A stretch of DNA of 52,776 nt from Candidatus Parcubacteria bacterium (GTDB lineage: Bacteria; Patescibacteriota; Minisyncoccia; JACPXH01). Location of the stretch: positions 1-52,776 of the forward strand of contig JACPXH010000017.1 of assembly GCA_016196625.1 (NCBI GenBank), in the 5' to 3' direction. The position numbers and the translations under genes were made by a program. Each line of letters opens with the position of its first letter. The first letter of the stretch is position 1. Shown here in pieces: positions 15,966 through 24,815 of the stretch. The notes under the pieces were generated by a model. The model saw only the letters and a list, made by a program, of their open reading frames with translations, did no database searches and was not told the origin of the DNA.

Positions 15966-17837
15966 ATGTGCGGTATTGCTGGTTACGTTGGCAAAGGCGA
16001 CCGGGAAACTCTGAAGCGGATGACGGATGCCATCCGCTACCGCGGCCCTGATGACGAGGGTTTTTTTGTCCATGAAAACGTGGGGTTGGGCGTCCGCCGG
16101 CTTTCGATCATTGATGTGGCCGGCGGCCATCAGCCGATTGGCACGGAAGACGGTCATATCCAGGTTGTTTTTAACGGCGAAATTTATAATTTTCAGGAGT
16201 TGCGTCGCGAGCTGGAAGCTTGCGGACATCGGTTCGCAACCAGATCGGACACCGAAGTTATCGCGCACGGGTACGAGCAGTGGGGGACTGATTGTTTTGC
16301 TAAGTTGAATGGTATGTTTGGGCTTGCGATCTGGGACGGGCGAACAAGCAAGCTTGTGTTAGCCCGCGATCGGATGGGCAAAAAACCGCTCTATTGGACT
16401 CGACAGGGAAGCACATTGGTATTTGGTTCGGAATTGAAGTCTGTGCTGCAGCATCCGGTGGTGCCGCGCGAGCTCGACCGCGAGGCATTCTCCCAGTGCC
16501 TGACGTTTGAATACGTCCCGACACCCAAGTCCATTTTCAAAAATATCTCAAAACTCGAGCCCGCAAGCTTTTTGGTTTGGGACGGTCAGGAAGTCAGCGT
16601 GAGATCGTACTGGCAGCTTGCGTTCGGGCGCGAGCGAGTCGGCTCGGAAGCCGAGAATCGTGAGCGGCTGCACGAGCTCTTGAAAGCGGCAGTTGAGCGG
16701 CGGCTCATCTCTGACGTGCCCTTGGGCATATTTTTGTCTGGCGGGATTGATTCGAGCACCGTGGCCTATTTTGCCCAGCATTCTGGGCAGCGGCAGAAAA
16801 CATTCTCGATTGGGTTTGGCGATCCGTCTTTTGACGAATCAAGCGAAGCGCGGCGCGTGGCCAAAGCGCTCGGCACTGAGCATCACGAAAAACAGTTTGG
16901 CGTTCGTGAGCTGCTCGACACGTTGCCGCAGGTTGCCGAGTTGCTCGATGAACCATTTGCTGATCCGTCCATTCTGCCGACGTATCTGCTTTCAAAGTTT
17001 GCTCGCGAGCGCGTAACCGTAGCGCTCGGCGGAGACGGGGGAGACGAACTCTTTCTGGGGTATCCCACGTTCCAGGCCCATACGATTGCGGCGTGGTATT
17101 TAAGGTTGCCGAAGGTGGTCCGGGAGTATCTGATTGAGCCGATCATTCGGCTGCTGCCGGTTTCAGACCGCAACATCAGCCTCGATTTTAAGTTGAAGCG
17201 TTTTATCCGCGCAGTGGGGCAGGGAACGGTGCAGCGTGACGCGCTCTGGTTGGGTGCATTGAGCGACGCCGAGAAACAAACGCTGCTCACTCCCGATTTT
17301 CGCGCCGCAGCCCGACCCGAAATTACCTACGAGCAGACGCGGCAGTACCTCGACGATGTCCGCGATTGCAAGCCGCTCGAGCAGCTTGCATACGTCTATT
17401 TGCGCACGTACCTCATGGACGATATTCTGGTGAAAGTGGATCGCGCGAGCATGATGGCGTCGTTGGAGGTGCGCGCGCCGTTCCTCGACTACACCGTGGT
17501 TGATTTTGTGAACAGCCTGCCGGTTCAACAGAAGCTCAAAGGGTTCCAGACGAAGTACCTCTTGAAAAGGCTTATGCGCGATAAGCTCCCGGACGGCGTT
17601 GCGGATCGGCCGAAAAAGGGCTTTGGCATTCCGGTCGCGAAATGGCTTCGACAAGAGCTCAGGCCCCTTGTGCGCGAGTTGCTTTCACCCGAGGCGCTCA
17701 AACAGCAGGGAATTTTTGAACCAGCCGAGGTTTCCCGTCTCATCGACGAGCACAACCGACGCGCTCATGACCATCGCAAGGCGCTGTGGACGCTACTTAT
17801 GTTTCAGTTATGGTGGCGAGAGTGGCTAGAAAAGTGA
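15966..17837 (+). CDS. asnB: Asparagine synthase family (glutamine-hydrolysing) amidotransferase
   Basis: 623 aa. N-terminal MCGIAGY (Ntn Cys2). PP-loop FLSGGIDSSTVAYFA. Length and layout are typical of AsnB-type enzymes found in glycan loci. Confidence 0.9.
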   Translation: MCGIAGYVGKGDRETLKRMTDAIRYRGPDDEGFFVHENVGLGVRRLSIIDVAGGHQPIGTEDGHIQVVFNGEIYNFQELRRELEACGHRFATRSDTEVIAHGYEQWGTDCFAKLNGMFGLAIWDGRTSKLVLARDRMGKKPLYWTRQGSTLVFGSELKSVLQHPVVPRELDREAFSQCLTFEYVPTPKSIFKNISKLEPASFLVWDGQEVSVRSYWQLAFGRERVGSEAENRERLHELLKAAVERRLISDVPLGIFLSGGIDSSTVAYFAQHSGQRQKTFSIGFGDPSFDESSEARRVAKALGTEHHEKQFGVRELLDTLPQVAELLDEPFADPSILPTYLLSKFARERVTVALGGDGGDELFLGYPTFQAHTIAAWYLRLPKVVREYLIEPIIRLLPVSDRNISLDFKLKRFIRAVGQGTVQRDALWLGALSDAEKQTLLTPDFRAAARPEITYEQTRQYLDDVRDCKPLEQLAYVYLRTYLMDDILVKVDRASMMASLEVRAPFLDYTVVDFVNSLPVQQKLKGFQTKYLLKRLMRDKLPDGVADRPKKGFGIPVAKWLRQELRPLVRELLSPEALKQQGIFEPAEVSRLIDEHNRRAHDHRKALWTLLMFQLWWREWLEK

Positions 17838-17863
17838 CGTTAGTGTTCTCTCATTCATCGAAA

Positions 17864-18012
17864 GACCGGCCGCCGTTGTTCCCGAAGCGACATCCGCAGC
17901 CGGCGGGCATGGTCCGAGCACTCAACGTCTTGAGTGCTCGGCCGCCGGCGAGGACAGAGTGAGCGAGTCGCTGGAAGAGCGAACGATCGCTGAGGGAGCG
18001 CGGCGGTCGGTC
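17864..18012 (+). repeat. Long nested-hairpin intergenic element (copy C of 3)
   Basis: 12-bp outer stem 17864-17875 / 18001-18012 containing one G-T (G-U) pair. 7-bp stem 17899-17905 / 17943-17949. Perfect 12-bp central hairpin CCGAGCACTCAA-CGTC-TTGAGTGCTCGG (17914-17941). GCGGGCATGG (17903-17912) is shared with copy B. Confidence 0.6.
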
Positions 18013-18039
18013 ACATGCCATACTCATCAGTTTACGACC

Positions 18040-18708
18040 ATGTCTCTCTGGCAAAAACTCGGCCTCACGAACAAAATGACCCGCGAGCGCCTCGCGCGGT
18101 TTGTGGCACGGTATGCGAGTGAACAAGAAACGCTTGATATTGGCTGCGGCGGCGCGCCCTATGCCAAATATTTTCCGCACCGGATCGGTTTTGACCACGC
18201 AGCCGGCCCGGGCGTGGATGTCGTTGGCGATGCGCATGCGCTGCTATTTCCGGATAACTATTTTGAGCGGATTCTCTGCACCGAAGTGCTCGAACATCTC
18301 ATTGATCCGCCCAAGGCCGTTGCCGAGATGCGCCGTGTGCTCAAGCCCGGGGGTCTGCTCATTCTCACGACGCGCTTTGTCTTTCCGATCCACGACGCGC
18401 CGCACGATTACTGGCGATTTACGCGCTTTGGCCTTGAACATCTTTTTCGTGATTGGGAGATCGTTGAACTGGTTGAAGAGGCCGGGTCGCTGGGAACGCT
18501 GGCGGTGCTTGCGCAGCGGCTGGGTTTGCAGGTACAGTTTTATGGTGGACGTCTGACGAAGCTTTTCATTCTGGCGGGAGCGAGGTTGTTGCAGGGATTT
18601 TCTTGGCTCGTTCGCGTCGAGTACGGCGACGTTACGCACGCCGAGCAGGCAAAGCACCCTGTTTTGGTCTCCGGCTACTACCTCGCCGCACGCCGTCGGA
18701 ACAGTTGA
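18040..18708 (+). CDS. Class I SAM-dependent methyltransferase
   Basis: SAM motif I is TLDIGCGGAPY. Downstream ILCTEVLEHL and LKPGGLLILTT. Start moved from GTG 17959 to ATG 18040 because the extension lies within hairpin element C. Confidence 0.75.
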   Translation: MSLWQKLGLTNKMTRERLARFVARYASEQETLDIGCGGAPYAKYFPHRIGFDHAAGPGVDVVGDAHALLFPDNYFERILCTEVLEHLIDPPKAVAEMRRVLKPGGLLILTTRFVFPIHDAPHDYWRFTRFGLEHLFRDWEIVELVEEAGSLGTLAVLAQRLGLQVQFYGGRLTKLFILAGARLLQGFSWLVRVEYGDVTHAEQAKHPVLVSGYYLAARRRNS

Positions 18709-18787
18709 CTAACGTTATCCGTTCTGGTATGGTTTTTCATACCGCAAACAGACAGCGTTCAATAACCGCAGAGTAAGGAGGTGCGGG

Positions 18788-19480
18788 ATGGAGTCGGTAG
18801 AGGAGGCGTTGGCCGTAGTGTTGCCTTACCTGCAGGCAACGACGATGCTGTTGAGCGATTGGTCGGTCAAGTCCGTGGACGTACTCTTCTTCCATTCGCG
18901 GGCGTCGCACGATGATGACGGGCTCTTTGAGCTTGCCGGTGAGCTTTACCGGGCTAGTGCGGTTAAGCGCGTTGCCATCAATGGGTCGGATGGCGAGCGG
19001 GAGCCGGGCGGAGCGGCAGGTACGATTTGGCCGGGTAAAGGGTTCTATATTCAGCGTTTGCGCGAACTCGGCGTTGCCGGCTGGCGCGATCCGATTCTGA
19101 CTCGGCCCGCATTCAATACGAAGGATGAGAATAACGCGTTCCTCGAGATTGCTCGCGCTGAAGGGTGGCGGAGCGTAGGGGTGCTCACTCAGCCGCACCA
19201 GCTGCTTCGGGCAATGCTCGGTCTCGTCAAGTCCATGGACGAGCAGGGTTGCGGTATGCGGGTGTATGCCGTGGCTCCGCGGGGCACGCCTTGGTGGAAA
19301 GAGGTGTACGGTCCGCAGAGCGAGAAGCTTCTGCCGCGGTTTGATCATATCTGGGAGGAGTTGCGGCGGATCCCGATCTACCAAGCCAAGGGCGACCTTG
19401 CGACCTTTGCGGAGTTCTTTCAGTACCTCCGGTGGCGGGATTGCTGGCCCAGGCCCGATTTCAGTGGAATCGCGCCCTGA
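18788..19480 (+). CDS. Hypothetical protein, possible DUF218 (YdcF/ElyC-like) fold
   Basis: 230 aa. Strong RBS AAGGAGGTG 5 nt upstream of the ATG. The segment TRPAFNTKDENNAFLEIARAEGWRSVGVLTQPHQLLRAML resembles the conserved DUF218 core. Family assignment is tentative. Confidence 0.45.
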   Translation: MESVEEALAVVLPYLQATTMLLSDWSVKSVDVLFFHSRASHDDDGLFELAGELYRASAVKRVAINGSDGEREPGGAAGTIWPGKGFYIQRLRELGVAGWRDPILTRPAFNTKDENNAFLEIARAEGWRSVGVLTQPHQLLRAMLGLVKSMDEQGCGMRVYAVAPRGTPWWKEVYGPQSEKLLPRFDHIWEELRRIPIYQAKGDLATFAEFFQYLRWRDCWPRPDFSGIAP

Positions 19481-19491
19481 CGCGTTCAGTG

Positions 19492-19536
19492 GGGCCGGCA
19501 TCGCTTTGCGATGCCGGCCCTCTTTCGTTGCTTTCG
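19492..19536 (+). terminator. Rho-independent terminator
   Basis: 12-13-bp perfect GC-rich stem GGGCCGGCATCG(C)-TTT-(G)CGATGCCGGCCC (19492-19520). It is followed by the T-rich tail TCTTTCGTTGCTTTCG, 12 nt after stop 19480. Confidence 0.65.
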
Positions 19537-19602
19537 TACGCGTGGTAGAGTGAAATTGCCTCTAGGCGATCGTGCGTGGGGCCTTTTTGTAGCCAGTGAC
19601 GT

Positions 19603-20661
19603 ATGCCGCAGCGAAAATACCAAACCGTACTCATCACCGGCGGGTCAGGATTCATCGGCTCAAACTTTGTCCGATACGCCTACCACGCGCACCCGGATTG
19701 GCGTATCGTCAACCTCGACTTGCTGACCTACGCCGGCAATCCGGAAAACCTGCGAGACATCGAAGCGTTCGAGGATGACAAACCCGCCGCTCAACGCCGG
19801 TATACGTTCGTCAGGGGCGACGTGTGTGGCGTGGCGCTTCTCTATGAACTGTTCGGTCAGCATCACTTCGATCTGGTCGTACACTTTGCGGCTGAATCGC
19901 ACGTTGATCGTGCCATCTTCAGCGACGTGGATTTCGTACGTACGAACATCGAGGGTACACGTGCGCTCATCGAGGCCACTCGCAAGAATGGTGGGACTCG
20001 TTTTGTGTATATCTCAACCGATGAGGTGTATGGTTCAATTCCGGACGGTTACGCTACCGAGGATACTCCATTTCGACCTTCCAACCCCTACGCGGCTTCG
20101 AAAGCCGGAGCAGACTTACTCGTGCAGTCCTATATGAAAACGCATAGCCTGCCGGCTGTAATCGTCCGAGGTTCCAACAACTACGGCCCTTACCAGTACC
20201 CTGAAAAGCTGATTCCCATCGCCATCACCAACCTGATCGAGGACAAGAAAATTCCTGTCCACGGCACGGGCGAACAGAGCCGGAGTTGGTTACACGTGGA
20301 CGATTTTTGTCGCGCGGTTGATATCGCTGTTCACGCGGCACTTGACTATGGCATCTACAATGTGGCCGGCGAGGAACGGACAAATCTTGAAGTGCTCGAA
20401 TTGCTCGCCCGCCACCTTGGCAAGAATTTGCGCGACCACCGCGAGCACATCAATGATCGGCCCGGCGGAGATTTTCGGTATGCGTCTGACGCAAGCCGCA
20501 TCGAACAGGAGTTGGGTTGGTCGCGGCGGTATGCCTTCGAAGAGGGTATCCAACAGGTGGTGCGGTGGTACACGGATAACCAACCGTGGTGGCAGCCCAT
20601 CCGGTTGAAAAAGGGATTTGTTGAGCACTATGAGCGTCAGTCCAACGGCCAGTGGTGTTGA
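19603..20661 (+). CDS. rfbB: dTDP-glucose 4,6-dehydratase
   Basis: 352 aa. VLITGGSGFIGSNFVRY; LTYAGNPENL; YISTDEVYG; YAASKAGADLL (YxxxK). Full-length resemblance to RmlB/RfbB. Confidence 0.9.
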   Translation: MPQRKYQTVLITGGSGFIGSNFVRYAYHAHPDWRIVNLDLLTYAGNPENLRDIEAFEDDKPAAQRRYTFVRGDVCGVALLYELFGQHHFDLVVHFAAESHVDRAIFSDVDFVRTNIEGTRALIEATRKNGGTRFVYISTDEVYGSIPDGYATEDTPFRPSNPYAASKAGADLLVQSYMKTHSLPAVIVRGSNNYGPYQYPEKLIPIAITNLIEDKKIPVHGTGEQSRSWLHVDDFCRAVDIAVHAALDYGIYNVAGEERTNLEVLELLARHLGKNLRDHREHINDRPGGDFRYASDASRIEQELGWSRRYAFEEGIQQVVRWYTDNQPWWQPIRLKKGFVEHYERQSNGQWC

Positions 20662-21910
20662 GGCGGGTGCGTGCGTGGCGCGCACAAACTGTCGAATCTG
20701 CGGCAGCCGTCAATTCGAGCCGTTCCTTGATTTGGGCGAGCAACCGCTCGCGAATGCGCTACTCACCCGCGACGCGCTCGACTCCCCCGAGCCTCGATAC
20801 CCGCTTCAGTCGCAGGTATGCACCGATTGCGGCCTCGTGCAACTCCGGCACGTGGTTGACCCGCGGATTCTGTTTGCCGATTATCCCTACTTTTCGTCCG
20901 GCGTGCCAACAGCGGCGCACTTTGCCGATTACGCCCAAGAGCTGGTGAGCCGTTTTCTTCCTGTCCCGGGTGCGTTCGTCTGCGAGATTGCAAGCAACGA
21001 CGGCCACCTGTTGCGTCTTCTCCGGCAAGCTGGTGCGCGCGTACTCGGCGTGGACCCGGCTCGCAACGTTGCCGCCGTTGCCAACAAACGCGGCGTGCCC
21101 ACCATTGTCGATTTCTTCTCCTCCAAACTCGCCGCCGATATCCGGCGCACCCACGGCCCGGCCCAGCTCGTCATCGCTAACAACGTCGTTGCCCACATTG
21201 ACGATCACCGAGACCTTGTACGGGGCATCGCCAATCTGCTGGCCGATGACGGAGTGTTTGTGATGGAAGCGCCACACCTTTCCGATATGTTCGAGCGGCT
21301 TACGTTTGATACCATCTACCATGAGCATCTCTCATCGCTCGCCGTGCGCCCCCTTACGCGGCTCTTCGGTCAATTCGGGTTCGAGATTTTTGACGTGAAG
21401 CTCCTGCCCGTCCAGGGAGTTTCGTTGCGCGCGTACGTCGCGCGCCGTGGTCGTCGCCGCATGCAGCCGGCGGTGTCCGGATGTCTTGCCCGCGAGGCGG
21501 CACTCGGCCTTGACCGGATGACGTCGTACGCCGCTCTTGCCCGGCGCATTGGAGCGCTCAAGGCCGACGTGGTCTCTACCGTCCGACAGCTCAAGGCCCG
21601 CGGCAAACGGATCGCCGGTTACGGCGCAGGTGCGAAGGGGAATACCATTTTGCTCTATTACGGTCTCGGCCGCGACGAGTTTGATTACGCCACGGACGAG
21701 CAGTCTTCCAAGATTGGTAAATTCATGCCGGGCACGCGGCTGCCCATCGTGGACATCGTTTGGTCGCGTCAACATCCGCCGGATTACTATTTTTTGCTTG
21801 CGTGGAACTATAAAGATGTGATTTTGCGCAAAGAACAGGAGTTCGTGGATCGAGGCGGCAAATTCATCATGCCGATCGGTGATGAACGGATTATTCCTAA
21901 AGAAGTCTAA
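20630..21910 (+). CDS. NDP-hexose C-methyltransferase-like enzyme (TylCIII-type: Zn-ribbon + SAM MTase + C-terminal domain)
   Basis: N-terminal four-Cys pattern CRICGS ... CTDCGLVQL. SAM-binding core VCEIASNDGHLL. Long C-terminal domain. Start is uncertain: ATG 20630 overlaps rfbB by 32 nt, and GTG 20675 lies just after the rfbB stop. Confidence 0.7.
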   Translation: MSVSPTASGVEAGACVARTNCRICGSRQFEPFLDLGEQPLANALLTRDALDSPEPRYPLQSQVCTDCGLVQLRHVVDPRILFADYPYFSSGVPTAAHFADYAQELVSRFLPVPGAFVCEIASNDGHLLRLLRQAGARVLGVDPARNVAAVANKRGVPTIVDFFSSKLAADIRRTHGPAQLVIANNVVAHIDDHRDLVRGIANLLADDGVFVMEAPHLSDMFERLTFDTIYHEHLSSLAVRPLTRLFGQFGFEIFDVKLLPVQGVSLRAYVARRGRRRMQPAVSGCLAREAALGLDRMTSYAALARRIGALKADVVSTVRQLKARGKRIAGYGAGAKGNTILLYYGLGRDEFDYATDEQSSKIGKFMPGTRLPIVDIVWSRQHPPDYYFLLAWNYKDVILRKEQEFVDRGGKFIMPIGDERIIPKEV

Positions 21911-21914
21911 CCCC

Positions 21915-22301
21915 ATGTCGATTAAGGTGTTTCGAAATATCTCGCCGGAGTTCGTTGACGAACGGGGTGGCATCACGCGCCTCCTCGACGAGCAAGGCGC
22001 GGCGATCCGGAGCGTCTTATACATTACCTCGAAAGCCGGCACCATCCGTTCGAACCATTACCATAAGCGCGATACCCACTACTGTTATCTGTTGACCGGT
22101 AAAGCCGAGTGGCACGAAAAGCCAGTTGAGGGCGGCGCACACGAAACCGAGGTGCTCGGAGCGGGGGATATGGTCTATACGCCGGCCATGGTCATCCACG
22201 CGGTTAAGTTTCTCGAAGATACGACCTTCCTAGCCTTCGCGACCGAGCCGCGCAACCAAGCAGATTACGAAGCCGACACCGTGCGCGTTCAGCTCATCTA
22301 G
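21915..22301 (+). CDS. Small cupin, WxcM/FdtA-like (sugar ketoisomerase/epimerase-type)
   Basis: 128 aa from ATG 21915. SNHYHKRDTHYCYLLTGKAEW and VIHAVKF form cupin His clusters. Sits inside the deoxysugar cassette. Exact activity is not assignable. Confidence 0.55.
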   Translation: MSIKVFRNISPEFVDERGGITRLLDEQGAAIRSVLYITSKAGTIRSNHYHKRDTHYCYLLTGKAEWHEKPVEGGAHETEVLGAGDMVYTPAMVIHAVKFLEDTTFLAFATEPRNQADYEADTVRVQLI

Positions 22302-22305
22302 GAGT

Positions 22306-23262
22306 ATGGAGCGAGTGCGGTGTGCGGTCATCGGGGTTGGGCACTTCGGTCGGCACTACGTCCGGCTCCTTTCGGATTTCCACGGCTTAGAACTTGCGGC
22401 AGTGGTGAGCCGTTCGGCAGAAACATTAGCTGAACTCCCGAACCTCCCCGTATCGGTACAGCGTACGGCCAATGTGGGTGCCGTGTTTTCCGATTCGGCG
22501 ATTGATGCGGTCATCATTGCAACACCCACGCCGACGCATGCTGCGTTTGCTGCGGCTGCACTCCAGGCCGGCAAACATGTGCTCGTTGAAAAACCCATGA
22601 CCGCGAACCTACGCGAGGCCGAGGAGTTGGCCGAAGCTGTGCGCGTTTCGGGCCGTGTGTTCATGGTCGGGCACCAGTACTTGTACAATGACCACATTAA
22701 GGCGCTCAAGGAGGCGATCAAGGCAGGCGAGCTTGGACGCGTGCGTGCGGTCTTCGCCGAGCACTTCTACCATGGTCCGATCCGGCAGGGAGTTGGATGC
22801 TTTTGGGAGACGGCGGTCCACGAAACCGCTATCCTCGATTACTTGTTTGGGCTTGATGCTGTGACCGACGTGGCAGCTCGGTCGTTCGATCTGACCAGCA
22901 ATGGATTCGACGATTGGACCACGGCTACCATTTCATTCGCTGATGGGCCGACGGCCACGATCATCACCTCGTGGTATGCTCCCGAGAAGGCGCGTCGGCT
23001 CATCGTAGTCGGAGAAGCGGGAAGCGCCAGCTTCGCCGAGGAGCTTACGATTTTCACCGAACCCCCCGGCGCGTTGCGCGATCGGTATGGTCCCGCGCCG
23101 GCAGAGTGCGTGCGCCGACCGGTCGAAGCGGCGCGCGAACCGCTGGTAAGCCAGCTCGAACATTTTCTCACGTGCATCCGCATCGGCGCCGAACCGCGCA
23201 CGGGCATCGAGCACGGGCTGCGGGTCATTCAGCTTCTTGATCGAGTCGAACGTGCTCGGTAG
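22306..23262 (+). CDS. Gfo/Idh/MocA-family NAD(P)-dependent oxidoreductase
   Basis: N-terminal Rossmann VRCAVIGVGHFGRHY. Family motif HVLVEKPMTANLREAEEL. AGGAG lies upstream of ATG 22306. Confidence 0.8.
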   Translation: MERVRCAVIGVGHFGRHYVRLLSDFHGLELAAVVSRSAETLAELPNLPVSVQRTANVGAVFSDSAIDAVIIATPTPTHAAFAAAALQAGKHVLVEKPMTANLREAEELAEAVRVSGRVFMVGHQYLYNDHIKALKEAIKAGELGRVRAVFAEHFYHGPIRQGVGCFWETAVHETAILDYLFGLDAVTDVAARSFDLTSNGFDDWTTATISFADGPTATIITSWYAPEKARRLIVVGEAGSASFAEELTIFTEPPGALRDRYGPAPAECVRRPVEAAREPLVSQLEHFLTCIRIGAEPRTGIEHGLRVIQLLDRVERAR

Positions 23263-23272
23263 CATATCACCC

Positions 23273-24016
23273 ATGGAACTTTCGATTGTCATTCCGGCAT
23301 ACAACGAGGAGAAACGGCTTCCCCGGACGCTCGAACGAATCTTCTCGTACCTCGGTACGCACTATCGCGGCGCGTATGAAGTGGTCGTGGTTGATGATGG
23401 AAGCCAGGATCGGACGAGCGAGGTGGTCGGGCAGCTTGCCGCATCTTACCCGCAGCTTCGACTCATCACCTTCGAGCGTAACCGAGGACGGGGCGTGGTG
23501 GTGCGAGATGGCATCTTTGCCGCGCGGGGCGAGTTTGTGTTGGAGGCAGATGCGGACGGGAGTGTTGGCGAAGAGGCGATCGTGCGCTTCCTTGATTACT
23601 TCCGAACGCACCGCGACGTAGATATGCTTACCGGCAGCCGCACCATTCAAGGCGCAAGAGTCATCGTCCCCCAGCCGTGGCTGCGGGTCGCACTCGGTTG
23701 GGCGTTTATCTTGCTTACACGGATCATGTTTGGTTGGCCTCTCTATGACAGGATCAACGGATTCAAGATGTTTCCGCGTAACGTTGCTCGCGATATCTTT
23801 AGCTTCACGCGAGAGTCGAGTTTCTTTGGCGAGGCCGAGGTCGTGTACGTGGCCGAGCGGCGCGGTTGGCGGGTCAAGGAATTGCCGGTCGACTGGTCAG
23901 ACAACCGCGATTCGCGTATCCGGCCCCTGCGTGAGTCGTGGCGGTCGTTCTGGGGGATGTTTCGGGTTTTGTGGCGCGATTGGCATGGGGTGTATACGTC
24001 TAATCAAACAAGATGA
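23273..24016 (+). CDS. GT2 glycosyltransferase (dolichyl/polyprenyl-phosphate beta-glucosyltransferase-like)
   Basis: MELSIVIPAYNEEKRLPRTLE, VVVVDDGSQDRT and EADADGS motifs. Start ATG 23273; ORF-track start 23237 is a TTG overlapping the upstream gene. Confidence 0.8.
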   Translation: MELSIVIPAYNEEKRLPRTLERIFSYLGTHYRGAYEVVVVDDGSQDRTSEVVGQLAASYPQLRLITFERNRGRGVVVRDGIFAARGEFVLEADADGSVGEEAIVRFLDYFRTHRDVDMLTGSRTIQGARVIVPQPWLRVALGWAFILLTRIMFGWPLYDRINGFKMFPRNVARDIFSFTRESSFFGEAEVVYVAERRGWRVKELPVDWSDNRDSRIRPLRESWRSFWGMFRVLWRDWHGVYTSNQTR

Positions 24017-24771
24017 AAGCGTTCATCACCGGCATTTCTTCAGGTGTGGGTCGGGAACTTACGCGGCAACTCATCCACGCCGGCCACGAGGTGTTCGGCG
24101 TGGCGCGCCGCGCTGATCGGCTCGCGGAGTTACAGCGCGAGCTCGGTACGGATCGTCTCCATACGGCGGTCTGCGACGTGGCAAACCCAGCTGATATAGC
24201 TTGCGTCCACGATGAGCTCAAGCGTGCGGGGTTTCTCCCCGATGTGGTCGTGCTCAACGCTGCCATTGAACGCGATGACGTCTGGCCGACGTATCGGCAC
24301 GACATCACGCGCAAGACGTTTGAGACGAACGTATCGGGTGCGCTGGCGTGGGTTTCGTGTTTCCTTGATCAGTTTCTCCAGCGTGGGTCGGGGCAGTTCA
24401 TCGCGGTTTCGTCCATCTTTGCGTTCCGGCCCAACGAAACGAGCATCTCTTCCGCCGCGAGCAAGGCCGCGCTCGCCGTAGCGTTCCGGGGGTTCCAGCT
24501 TCGGTATCAGCACGCCCCGGTTCGATTCTCCGTCGTGTATTTTGGGCCGATTGCAACCGGCATCAACCCGCGGTTCGCGCCTGAGCCGCCCCGAGGCCTG
24601 CGGGCACTCTTCATTGCGTCGCCGCGCGCTGCCGCTAGAGCGATCGTCCGAACCATGACGTCCCGACGTAACCGTGTGTATTTTCCATGGTTCCCGACGG
24701 CCCTCATGCGTTTCACCTGGTGGTTGCCGGATTGGCTGTTCGCCGCACTCACGCGACCGTTCCGGCGCTAG
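24013..24771 (+). CDS. Short-chain dehydrogenase/reductase with non-canonical active site
   Basis: MKAFITGISSGVGRELT (TGxxxGxG). The catalytic region reads VSSIFAFRPNETSISSAASKAAL, so Ser occupies the position of the catalytic Tyr (S-x3-K instead of Y-x3-K). ATGA overlap upstream. Confidence 0.75.
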   Translation: MKAFITGISSGVGRELTRQLIHAGHEVFGVARRADRLAELQRELGTDRLHTAVCDVANPADIACVHDELKRAGFLPDVVVLNAAIERDDVWPTYRHDITRKTFETNVSGALAWVSCFLDQFLQRGSGQFIAVSSIFAFRPNETSISSAASKAALAVAFRGFQLRYQHAPVRFSVVYFGPIATGINPRFAPEPPRGLRALFIASPRAAARAIVRTMTSRRNRVYFPWFPTALMRFTWWLPDWLFAALTRPFRR

Positions 24772-24815
24772 GGGATGTTGCGACCGGGTGGCATTCATGT
24801 AAGATTCACAGCAGT

